A stretch of DNA of 64,000 bases from Thermoanaerobaculia bacterium (GTDB lineage: Bacteria > Acidobacteriota > Thermoanaerobaculia > Gp7-AA8): assembly GCA_036261885.1 (NCBI GenBank), contig DATAJY010000012.1, positions 143,458 to 207,457 on the forward strand, given 5' to 3'. The position numbers and the translations under genes are program-made. The notes below the pieces were generated by a model. It was given only the letters and a program-made list of their open reading frames with translations. It had not been told where the DNA came from and did not search any database. This document shows, piece after piece, positions 1 to 8,332 of the stretch. The number at the start of each line of letters is the position of its first letter. Position 1 is the stretch's first letter.

Positions 1-27
1 CGGAAGTCTACCAGTACACTACGCGCC

Positions 28-981
28 GTGAAGCGCTTCCTCACCCTGGCCCGGCCATTCACGCTGCTCCCGCCGCTGCTCGGAATCATCTCCGGCGCGG
101 TCTGCGCGTGGGGATCGGCGCACAACCCCGATCCGTCGCGCGCGGTGACGGTCTCGGTGATTCTGACCGTCGCGCTCGGCTCGCTCTGCGCCGCGTTTCT
201 CAACGCCGCGAACAACACGCTCAATCAGATCTACGACCTCGAGATCGATCGCATCAACAAGCCGAATCGTCCGCTCGTGACCGGCGAGGTCTCGATCCGC
301 GACGCCTGGGTCTTCACCTGGATCTGCTACGCCGTCGGCACCATCCCGACCTGGCTCGTGGTCGTCTATCCGTACACCACGTTCACGCGGAAGCTCTTCG
401 CTCCGCTCTCGTGGCACGAGTGCTTTTTCATCTACGCCGTGGCGCTGCTCTCGACGTTCGTCTATTCGGTCCCGGCGCTCGGCCGCACGAAAGCGCATCC
501 GATCGGTGCGAACCTCACCATCGCCATTCCCCGCGGCTGTCTCCTGAAAGTGGCCGGCTGGACGATGGTCGCGCGCGCGTCGTTCGCCGAGCCGTGGTTC
601 ATCGGTCTGATCTTCATGACCTTCCTCCTCGGCGCGGCGTCGACGAAAGACTTCAGCGACATGGATGGCGATCGCGCCGGCGGCTGCCGTACGCTGCCGA
701 TCGCATTCGGCGTGCGCAGAGCCGCGTGGATGATCGCGCCGTTCTTCGTGCTGCCGTGGTTGCTGATGCCGCTCGGGGCCCGTCTCGGCATCCTCACCGG
801 GAACGCGACGTTCATCACGATTCTCGGGATCGTCCTCGCGCTGTGGGGCGTCTACACGGTCTGGTTGATCGTGCGCAATCCCGACGAACTCACCGCGACG
901 GAGAATCACCCGTCGTGGCGGCACATGTATCTGATGATGATGGCCGCGCAGGTCGGCTTTGCCGCAGCCTATCTCGTTTGA
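28..981 (+). CDS. UbiA-family prenyltransferase (integral membrane)
   Basis: 317-aa ORF with many hydrophobic segments. Asp-rich motif NNTLNQIYDLEIDRINKPNRP and a second acidic motif KDFSDMDGDR are typical of the UbiA superfamily. The frame is open to the window edge, so the true start could lie upstream of GTG 28. Confidence 0.8.
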   Translation: MKRFLTLARPFTLLPPLLGIISGAVCAWGSAHNPDPSRAVTVSVILTVALGSLCAAFLNAANNTLNQIYDLEIDRINKPNRPLVTGEVSIRDAWVFTWICYAVGTIPTWLVVVYPYTTFTRKLFAPLSWHECFFIYAVALLSTFVYSVPALGRTKAHPIGANLTIAIPRGCLLKVAGWTMVARASFAEPWFIGLIFMTFLLGAASTKDFSDMDGDRAGGCRTLPIAFGVRRAAWMIAPFFVLPWLLMPLGARLGILTGNATFITILGIVLALWGVYTVWLIVRNPDELTATENHPSWRHMYLMMMAAQVGFAAAYLV

Positions 982-1038
982 TCGCCGTCGCGTCTGCTAA
1001 ACTCGCTCGTTCAGTTCGCATCGGTCCGCAGGTCAATC

Positions 1039-1416
1039 ATGAGAATTCCGCAGCCGCCCGTGAGCCACGAGTGTATCGACGGCGAAGTCGTCATCATCAA
1101 CATGGAGACGGGCACGTACTACAGCCTGCTCGGTCTCGCGTCGACGCTCTGGCAGAACATCGTCGCGGGAACGACTTACGACCGGCTGCTCGCCCGCTTC
1201 GACGGGGACGTGCAGCCTGAAGTCAGCGCGTTTCTCCACGAGCTCGCACAGGACCGCCTCGTCGATCTCGACGCGGAGCCCGCGCAGATCGGTGAAGAGA
1301 TCGCACTGCCGGCGTACAGCACTCCGCGCGTCGAGAGATTCACGGACCTTCAGGAACTGCTGATGCTCGACCCGATTCACGAAGTCGACGCCGCAGGCTG
1401 GCCCCACAAGAGCTGA
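1039..1416 (+). CDS. PqqD-family protein (RiPP-recognition-element-like peptide chaperone)
   Basis: 125-aa ORF. The pattern IDGEVVIINMETGTYYSLLGLASTLWQNI...VSAFLHELAQDRLV matches the PqqD/RRE winged-helix signature as I remember it. No clear SD, so the start is uncertain. Confidence 0.7.
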   Translation: MRIPQPPVSHECIDGEVVIINMETGTYYSLLGLASTLWQNIVAGTTYDRLLARFDGDVQPEVSAFLHELAQDRLVDLDAEPAQIGEEIALPAYSTPRVERFTDLQELLMLDPIHEVDAAGWPHKS

Positions 1417-1418
1417 CG

Positions 1419-2411
1419 GTGCCGCTTACGCAGCAGCTCGAGATCGAAGATGTCTTCGCCGTCGCCGCGGCGCGCCTCGGCGTTTACGAAGATCATCTCT
1501 CGATCGCCGGACTGCACGTCCAGCTCCGATTCGCCGGCGATCGTCTGCGCACGCGACTCCTGCCCGCACTCACGCATCGCATCACCGTTCCGCGCGATCC
1601 CGACGCGACGATCCTGATTTACGACTGCGCGTCCGCGCGCATCGAGAAGCCCGCCGTTCCGTGGCGCGCCGAAGACGTTGGCGTGCGCGGCGAGGTTCAG
1701 CTCGACGACGCGCTGCGCGTCTCGCTCTTCGCACCGTCGGGCGCGCTGAGTGTGTTCGACGCGTCGCGCAATCTCGGGATCTTCACCGTCGGCGACGCCA
1801 TCGGACTGCCGTCATACGAACGCGCGGCACCGTTCCGCACGTTGCTGCACTGGCTGCTCGAATCGCGAAATTGCAGGCTCGCACACGCGGCCGCCGTCGC
1901 GACGGATCGCGGCGGTGCGTTGCTCGCGGGTCGCGGCGGCTCGGGCAAATCGACGACGGCGCTCCTCTGCGCGACTGCCGGACTGCGTTACGCCGGCGAC
2001 GACTACGTCGGCATCACGGCCGCTCCCGCGACCGCGCACGCGCTGTACTCGAGCGCGAAGATCGATGCGACGTCCGCGGCGTTGCTGCCCGGCGTCGCGC
2101 TGCACATCGACCCGCGGGAGAATGAAAAAGGTGTGGCGTTGCTGACCGAAGTCGCCGATTCCTTTCCGATTCGCGCGCTCGTGTTGCCGCGGGTCACCGG
2201 CGGCACGTCGCGACTTCGGCGGGCGAGTGGTGCCGAGGCGTTGCGGGCGCTTGCGCCGACGACGGTGTTCCAACTGCCCGGCAATGACGGCGCGACGTTC
2301 GCGTGGATGGCCACGCTCGCACGTACGATCCCCGCGTTCGCGCTCGACCTCGGCGACGATCGCGAGCAGATCCCCGCGCTCGTGCAGCGCGCGATCGAGG
2401 AGAGCGCATGA
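1419..2411 (+). CDS. HprK-related kinase-like P-loop protein
   Basis: 330-aa ORF with a GTG start 2 nt after the PqqD-like stop. P-loop GRGGSGKSTTALL followed by YAGDDYV resembles the HPr kinase C-terminal domain. Confidence 0.65.
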   Translation: MPLTQQLEIEDVFAVAAARLGVYEDHLSIAGLHVQLRFAGDRLRTRLLPALTHRITVPRDPDATILIYDCASARIEKPAVPWRAEDVGVRGEVQLDDALRVSLFAPSGALSVFDASRNLGIFTVGDAIGLPSYERAAPFRTLLHWLLESRNCRLAHAAAVATDRGGALLAGRGGSGKSTTALLCATAGLRYAGDDYVGITAAPATAHALYSSAKIDATSAALLPGVALHIDPRENEKGVALLTEVADSFPIRALVLPRVTGGTSRLRRASGAEALRALAPTTVFQLPGNDGATFAWMATLARTIPAFALDLGDDREQIPALVQRAIEESA

Positions 2412-3070
2412 GCGTCGTGAGCGTGATCGTTCCGACATTCAACGGCGCCGCGACGATCGTCGAGGCGGTGGAAAGCGTGCGCGCGCAGTCGATGCCCGTC
2501 GAGATTCTCGTCGTCGACGACGGCTCCACCGACGACACGCCGCGCCTCCTTCGCGACCTCGGCGTCCTCACGATTCGTCAGGAAAATGCCGGCCCCGCGG
2601 CCGCGCGCAACACGGGACTCGCGCATGCGACCGCGGCGTACGTCGCGTTCATCGACGACGACGACATCTGGATGCCGCGCCGCCTCGCCACGCAGCTCGC
2701 GATTCTCGAAGCGCATCCGGAGGTGTTCGCGACGATCGGCTACTCCGCGTTCGTCGCGTGTGATGCGAACGGCGATGCGATGGGCGAGCCGACCGAACCG
2801 CATCTCTTCGCGAACATGGGCGCAGCGCTCGTGCGTCGCGAGGCCTTCGATCGCATCGGCGCGTTCGATCCGACACTCACGGGCAGCGAAGACGTCGACT
2901 GGTATCTCCGACTGCGCGACGCCGGACTCGGTCCGCTGATCACGCGCGATCTCGTGCAGCTCGTGCGCAGAACCGGCGAGAACATGACGCGCGGCAAAGA
3001 TCTGCGCGAGCTCGACATGCACACGGTGCTGCAGCGCTCCATCGCGCGGCGGAGGAAGGTGGGCGCATGA
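2408..3070 (+). CDS. Glycosyltransferase family 2
   Basis: Internal ATG 2408 overlaps the upstream stop (ATGA). N-terminus VSVIVPTFNGAATIVEAVESVRAQS...ILVVDDGSTDDT, then FIDDDD (DxD). Classic GT2 fold motifs. Confidence 0.85.
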   Translation: MSVVSVIVPTFNGAATIVEAVESVRAQSMPVEILVVDDGSTDDTPRLLRDLGVLTIRQENAGPAAARNTGLAHATAAYVAFIDDDDIWMPRRLATQLAILEAHPEVFATIGYSAFVACDANGDAMGEPTEPHLFANMGAALVRREAFDRIGAFDPTLTGSEDVDWYLRLRDAGLGPLITRDLVQLVRRTGENMTRGKDLRELDMHTVLQRSIARRRKVGA

Positions 3071-3741
3071 CGCAGCAACCGCCCGTCGCGGTGATCGTGC
3101 CGGTGTTCAACGGTGCGCGCTTTCTTGCCGAGGCGCTGGACAGCGTGCTGGCGCAGGACTATCGGCCGCTGGAGATCATCGTCGTCGACGATGGCTCGAC
3201 CGACGGCAGTGCGGAGATCGCAGCGACGCGCGAAGTCCTCGTCATCCGCCAGGAACGTCGCGGCGTCGCGACGGCGCGCAACGTCGGCATCGCCGCGGCG
3301 ACCGCGCCGATCCTCATGCTGATCGATCAGGACGACCTCTGGCGGCCCGGCAAGGCGCGCAAGCAGGTCGACGTGTTGCTCGCGCATCCCGATCGCGTCT
3401 GTCTGACGCTGCAGGAGTTTTTCCTCGACGCATCGATCGCGGAGCGGCCGGTCTGGATGCGGCCGGAGTTGATGGACGCGCCGAGTCCGGGATGGATGCC
3501 GAGCTGCATCGCATTCACGCGATCGACGTTCGAGTATGTCGGCGAGTTCGATCCGAGCTACGCGCAGGGCAGCGATTCGGACTGGTTCGCCCGCGCCAAA
3601 GCGAAGGGCGTCCTCTTTGAAACGATCGAGGAGTCGCTCGTGCGGCATCGCCTTCATGATTCCAACGAGTCAGGCGCGGTGAGCGCGCATCGCGAACTGC
3701 TGCAGGTGGTGCGTCGCGCGGTGGCGCAACGACGGAAATGA
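3067..3741 (+). CDS. Glycosyltransferase family 2
   Basis: ATGA overlap with the upstream gene. VAVIVPVFNGARFLAEALDSVLAQDYRPLEIIVVDDGSTDGS and LIDQDD motifs. Confidence 0.85.
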   Translation: MTQQPPVAVIVPVFNGARFLAEALDSVLAQDYRPLEIIVVDDGSTDGSAEIAATREVLVIRQERRGVATARNVGIAAATAPILMLIDQDDLWRPGKARKQVDVLLAHPDRVCLTLQEFFLDASIAERPVWMRPELMDAPSPGWMPSCIAFTRSTFEYVGEFDPSYAQGSDSDWFARAKAKGVLFETIEESLVRHRLHDSNESGAVSAHRELLQVVRRAVAQRRK

Positions 3742-4439
3742 CGCCCATGAATCAGCCTTTTCTCAGCGTCGTCGTCCCGGCGTACAACTCCGAGCGCACC
3801 ATCGCGGAGGCGCTCGAAAGCGTGCTCGCGCAGACCCCGCGCGAAACCGAAGTGATCATCGTCGATGACGGCTCGACCGACGGCACGGTCGCGGTCGCGG
3901 AAGGATTCGGCTACCTCGTGCGCATCGTGCGCGCGCCACACGCCGGCATCGCGCGCACGTTCAACCGCGGCATGCAGGAGGCGCGCGGCAAATGGGTTGC
4001 ATCGATCGACGCCGACGATCGCTGGCTGCCGCACAAGCTCGAGCGCCAGTTCGCCGCGCTCGATGCGGATCCTTCCATCGACGTCGTGTTCGGCTTCGTG
4101 CGCCAGTTCGTTTCTCCCGAGCTCGCCGATCAGCGCTGGCGTTTCGCGATCTCCGATGAGCCCGTGCCCGGCCTGCATCGCGGCTGCATGCTCATGCGTC
4201 GCGAGGTGTGGGATCGCGTCGGCGAGTTCGATACGAAGATCTCCGCCGGCGAGTTCGTCGGCTGGTACGCGCGCGCCGTCGATGCGGGCGTGACGATGCA
4301 CACGATCCCCGAGGTCATTTACGAGCGGCGCGTGCACGACAACAACACCGTTCGCCGCGAGCGCTCCACGCTCGACAGCAATTACCTGCGTGTGCTCAAG
4401 GCGACGCTCGATCGCCGTCGCACGGAGAAGAACGGTTGA
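3738..4439 (+). CDS. Glycosyltransferase family 2
   Basis: ATGA overlap with the upstream gene. LSVVVPAYNSERTIAEALESVLAQTPRETEVIIVDDGSTDGT and SIDADD motifs. Confidence 0.85.
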   Translation: MTPMNQPFLSVVVPAYNSERTIAEALESVLAQTPRETEVIIVDDGSTDGTVAVAEGFGYLVRIVRAPHAGIARTFNRGMQEARGKWVASIDADDRWLPHKLERQFAALDADPSIDVVFGFVRQFVSPELADQRWRFAISDEPVPGLHRGCMLMRREVWDRVGEFDTKISAGEFVGWYARAVDAGVTMHTIPEVIYERRVHDNNTVRRERSTLDSNYLRVLKATLDRRRTEKNG

Positions 4440-4468
4440 TCTACTTCGCGCATCGCTCCGGCACGTTC

Positions 4469-5581
4469 ATGCCGACCCGCGTCGAGCATCATCTGCTGCG
4501 CGCGTCGCTGTCGGCGGACGCCGTCGCGGTGCGCGCGTCGTTCGATGAGTGGAAGGCATCCGTCGATTTGAACGACGTCGAGTACGGATCGCTGCGTCTG
4601 TTGCCGCTGCTGTATCGCAACCTGCAGAAACACGGCATCGACGACGCGGTGATGCCGCGCCTCAAAGGCATCTATCGCAACGCGTGGGTGCGCAATCAGC
4701 TCGTCGTCCAACACGGACTCCGCGCGATGCGCGCACTGCGCGAGCAAGGCATCGCGTCGATCGTGCTCAAGGGCGCGTCGTTGGTCGCCGATGGTTCGTA
4801 CGCGGAGCTCGCATTGCGTCCGATGGAAGACTTCGATCTCCTCGTCGCGCCGGACGAATTTCGTCGCGCGGTCGATGTGCTGCGCGATGGCGGCTGGAAC
4901 TTTCATCCGGCGTCCGTCGAGGCCGAGTGGTACCTGCCGTATCGCCACGCGGTCGCGTTTCGCAACGGCAGCGGCGAGCTCGATCTGCACTGGGCGTCGA
5001 TTCGCGATCGCTTCCACGGCGACGATGCATTTCGTCGCGCGTCCGTCGATGCGAAGCTGCTGGGCGAGGACGTGCGCGTGCTGGCGCCGCCCGATCAGTT
5101 GCTGCAGGCGTGCGGACACGCGAGCGCACGCAACGTCGACGTCGCGCCGATCCGCTGGGTCGCGGACGTCTGGTTCCTCCTCGCGAAACACGGCGACGCG
5201 TTCGACTGGCAACGCGTCGTGAGCGGCGCGCGCGATCGCGACCTCTCCTTCGCCGCGCTCCGGTGCCTCGAATACCTCCATGTCGGCCTCGGCGCCAACA
5301 TCCCGCTCACGGTTCTGCTCGAGCTCGAACGCGACTCCGGCATCGCCAGTCGCGTGTCGCTGAAGCTGCGCAACAGCTACGGTCCCGCGATCTACGCGTA
5401 CGTGCTATCGGTGTGGCTGCGACTCGCATTCGCGAAGCCGTATCGCGGCATCCCGCGCCGCGTCGCGCTGCTGCCGAAATACGTGCGCTTCTACTTCCGC
5501 CTGCCGCAGGACGCATCGCTGATGCGCTTCGTCGCGCGCAAGCTGAGAGCGCGCCTCGCTCCGGCGTCATCCCAGGCGTAA
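4469..5581 (+). CDS. Uncharacterised nucleotidyltransferase family protein (NTP_transf_5-like)
   Basis: Frame of ORF 4208..5581. First ATG after the upstream stop is 4469; an alternative TTG at 4436 overlaps that stop. VLKGASLVADGSYAELALRPMEDFDLLVAPDEF matches the PF14907-type motif as I remember it. Confidence 0.65.
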   Translation: MPTRVEHHLLRASLSADAVAVRASFDEWKASVDLNDVEYGSLRLLPLLYRNLQKHGIDDAVMPRLKGIYRNAWVRNQLVVQHGLRAMRALREQGIASIVLKGASLVADGSYAELALRPMEDFDLLVAPDEFRRAVDVLRDGGWNFHPASVEAEWYLPYRHAVAFRNGSGELDLHWASIRDRFHGDDAFRRASVDAKLLGEDVRVLAPPDQLLQACGHASARNVDVAPIRWVADVWFLLAKHGDAFDWQRVVSGARDRDLSFAALRCLEYLHVGLGANIPLTVLLELERDSGIASRVSLKLRNSYGPAIYAYVLSVWLRLAFAKPYRGIPRRVALLPKYVRFYFRLPQDASLMRFVARKLRARLAPASSQA

Positions 5582-5599
5582 ACACGGGATCCCCTTCAC

Positions 5600-7024
5600 T
5601 CAAACGCTCGCCGCCAGCTCCTTCCGCAGAAACGCGATCGCCGATTCGAGCTGATGGCGCTCCAGCGCGATCGCCCGGACGTCGCCGCCGCAGTGCGGGC
5701 AGATCTGCGTCATCGGCTGGATGTACTGCATGCAGCCGAAGCAGAGATCGAGCGTCGGCGGCAGCCGATCTTCGTCGCGCTGCTCCGGTTCCTTCATCTC
5801 CCACCGCGGCGGCACGGCGACCGTGCGCGGACCCTCGCCCCCATCGAGCGGCTCGGTGATGAGATCGAAGCGTCCCTGATCGAACGGCGTGCCGGGCGCT
5901 TCCTGCGTCTTCACGATCCGCTCGCGCAGGCCTTCCTTCGCCAGCTGCGTGGCGCGGTAATGACAGTACGGATTGTTGCCCGGACGTCCGAACAACACGG
6001 TCGAAGTCCACGTGCAGCCGCCGCGGCAGACGTCGGCGTAGTAGCACGTGCCGCAACGCCCCCACAGTTCGGAGATCTGGCGATCGCGCGAGAAGCGGAT
6101 CTCGCGGCTGTAGCGCCAGATGTCTTCGATGGTCATGTCGCGAACGTTGCCGCCGCTGAAGCCGACGGTCGGCAGCGACGGACATCCTTTGATCACACCA
6201 TCGGCCTCGATGCCCATCACGCCGTGACCGGCCGCGCATCCGCTCCAGTGCTTTTCGTTGTTGCCGAGGCGCCACTTGTGCTCGTACGGTCCGAAGTAGC
6301 CGACGTTGTTGCCGGGCTGCATGGCCACGCCGAGCGCGCGCGCCTCGTCGTACAACTCGCCGAGGAGCGGCATCAGGTCGAGCAGTTCATACGGCTGCAG
6401 GAGCAGCGAGTCGTTGTCGACGGCATTCCCCATTGCCACCGTCAGCTGGATCTGCCAGCCGCGCGCACCGCGGCTCGCGATCTCGTGCAGGATGCCGCGC
6501 ATCTGCGGCATGGTCCGGCTGTGGATCTGCGTGTTGCAGCCGGCCGGAATCTCGTACTGGCGCAGCAGCTCGAGCGCGTGCATCGCGGAGCGGAACGAGC
6601 CCTTCACACCCCGGATCTCGTCGTGCAGCTCCTCGAGCCCGTCGACCGACACGCCGCACGTGCCGAGGCCTGCTTTCTTCGCCGCCGCAATGCGCTCCTC
6701 GGTGAGCGCGCGTCCGCCGGTCTGCATCGACGCCAGCATCCCGTGACTGGTGATGCGGGCGATGATGTCGGTCCAGTCGCGGCGCAGATACGCTTCGCCG
6801 CCGATGATCGTGATCTCGCGCGTGCCGAGTGCGGCGAGCTGATCGACGACGTCGAAACACTCCTCGGTCGACAGCTCCGAGGGACGACGCTTCCCCGCGC
6901 GCGAGCCGCAATGCGCGCACTTCAGATTGCACGCGAGCGTGATCTCCCACACCACGTGCACGGGATGGGCGTGCATGAAATCGTCTTCACGCAACGCACG
7001 GCGGGGAAGCGCCTCGGCGGTCAT
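5600..7024 (-). CDS. Radical SAM / SPASM-domain enzyme with C-terminal zinc-ribbon extension
   Basis: 474 aa. CxxxCxxC cluster motif ITLACNLKCAHCGS. SPASM-like Cys cluster GCPSLP...GRCGTCYYADVCRGGCTWTS...YCHY. An extra about 100-aa tail carries CFGCMQYIQPMTQICPHCGG. Confidence 0.85.
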   Translation of the reverse strand: MTAEALPRRALREDDFMHAHPVHVVWEITLACNLKCAHCGSRAGKRRPSELSTEECFDVVDQLAALGTREITIIGGEAYLRRDWTDIIARITSHGMLASMQTGGRALTEERIAAAKKAGLGTCGVSVDGLEELHDEIRGVKGSFRSAMHALELLRQYEIPAGCNTQIHSRTMPQMRGILHEIASRGARGWQIQLTVAMGNAVDNDSLLLQPYELLDLMPLLGELYDEARALGVAMQPGNNVGYFGPYEHKWRLGNNEKHWSGCAAGHGVMGIEADGVIKGCPSLPTVGFSGGNVRDMTIEDIWRYSREIRFSRDRQISELWGRCGTCYYADVCRGGCTWTSTVLFGRPGNNPYCHYRATQLAKEGLRERIVKTQEAPGTPFDQGRFDLITEPLDGGEGPRTVAVPPRWEMKEPEQRDEDRLPPTLDLCFGCMQYIQPMTQICPHCGGDVRAIALERHQLESAIAFLRKELAASV

Positions 7025-7314
7025 GAGGTCTGGGTCGATCCGAGATGCTGTTCGAGTGTGCTGATCGCCGCCGAGAGATCGGCACGCCCGGTCGCACGCG
7101 CCGATTCGAGCAGCGACTGCAGCTCTTCCTTCGATGCGCCGGCGGAGATCCGCTGCTGGATGATCACGCCGTACAGCGTGTGAAGACCGCCGTCATTGAA
7201 ATACCCCTTTGCGGCCTGCAAGACCTCTTTCATCTGATTCGCATCGCCGCTGCTCAGCGCTTCGTCGATCCAGACTCCATACAAGGGACGCGGACGGGAA
7301 CCATAGCCTGCCAT
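7021..7314 (-). CDS. Small internally repeated helical protein (possible rSAM substrate or partner)
   Basis: ATG 7314 is preceded by AAGGAGG with a 6-nt spacer (reverse complement of 7318-7326). The stop overlaps the rSAM start (ATGA at 7021-7024). Two repeats: LYGVWIDEALSSGDANQMKEVL and LYGVIIQQRISAGASKEELQSLL. Possibly DUF1843-like (from memory). Confidence 0.6.
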   Translation of the reverse strand: MAGYGSRPRPLYGVWIDEALSSGDANQMKEVLQAAKGYFNDGGLHTLYGVIIQQRISAGASKEELQSLLESARATGRADLSAAISTLEQHLGSTQTS

Positions 7315-7429
7315 AGCTGCCTCCTTTTTTCCGTGGGACAACGGATGTTTATGGGAAGGAAGAAATGATTAGTGTCCAAACGGCAGGAAGTCAACAATCA
7401 AAAATAGCAGGCTGTGCGACGATAGCCCG

Positions 7430-8332
7430 ATGTTCTCCCTCCGGCCCGAGCTCGAACGATTGCGGCCGCTGCTCGGCGAGTCACGCACCGACGCGCTGAT
7501 CGCCCGCGAGCGGCGCGAAATCTTTTCGATCTACCCGGAAGTGCGCCTCGCCGCGTGGGCTGGCGTGATGCTCCTCGCCGGCGCCGCCGGCGTTCTGTTG
7601 AAAAACAATCTCGAGCGCATCGGACCGGTCGCTCTCGCCACCGGCATCGCCGTGCTCGCCGCCGCGTGCTATGCCTTCGTCACTTGGCGCCGCGACCGCG
7701 CCACGCTCGTCGATGATTACGTTCTGCTCCTTGGGGCACTGCTCCTCAGCGCCGACGTCGCGTTCATCGAGACGCAGTTCCACGTTCTCGGCCAGCAGTG
7801 GCGACAGCATCTGTTGCTCATCGCGATCCTGCACGCCATCACCGCGTATCGCTTTCGATCGCGCGTGATTCTGTCGCTCGCGATCTCGTCGCTGGCCGCG
7901 TGGGTCGGAGCCGATCATCGCATCGCGCGGCCGTACCAGTTCGGCGTCGCCGCGTACGTCATGGTCGCGCTGCTGCTGGTGTGGCGCGCGCTCGATCAGC
8001 GTTTCGCGAAGAGCGATTTCGCGCGCACGCTCGAACACTTCGCCGCGAACTTCGCGCTGCTCGGCGGGCTCGCGTTCATCGATACGAACGTCGCCGCCGG
8101 CTGCCTGATCACCATCGTCGTTGCGGCGGTGGTCATCTACTGGGGCTTCGGCTCGCGCAGCGAGTGGTTCGTGCTCTATGCGTTTCTCTACGCCGTGATC
8201 GCGCTGAACATCCTCATCATCGACGCGATGCACTTCGAGGCGGCGGCGTTCCTGCTGATCATCGTTTCGATCGTCGGCTCGATCATCGGCCTCTTCGCCA
8301 TTCATGCGAAATTCAAGGAACTGCACGCATGA
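7430..8332 (+). CDS. Polytopic membrane protein, unknown function
   Basis: 300-aa ORF with about 8 hydrophobic helices. Strong third-position GC bias in this frame. Divergent from the small protein/rSAM pair across an AT-richer spacer. Confidence 0.6.
   Translation: MFSLRPELERLRPLLGESRTDALIARERREIFSIYPEVRLAAWAGVMLLAGAAGVLLKNNLERIGPVALATGIAVLAAACYAFVTWRRDRATLVDDYVLLLGALLLSADVAFIETQFHVLGQQWRQHLLLIAILHAITAYRFRSRVILSLAISSLAAWVGADHRIARPYQFGVAAYVMVALLLVWRALDQRFAKSDFARTLEHFAANFALLGGLAFIDTNVAAGCLITIVVAAVVIYWGFGSRSEWFVLYAFLYAVIALNILIIDAMHFEAAAFLLIIVSIVGSIIGLFAIHAKFKELHA

Noticed and set aside
1039-5581. Lasso-peptide biosynthetic cluster (because of the PqqD-like, HPr-kinase-like and PF14907-like genes)
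   Set aside because: No asparagine-synthetase-like lasso cyclase, no transglutaminase-like leader peptidase and no short precursor ORF could be found in or next to the operon.
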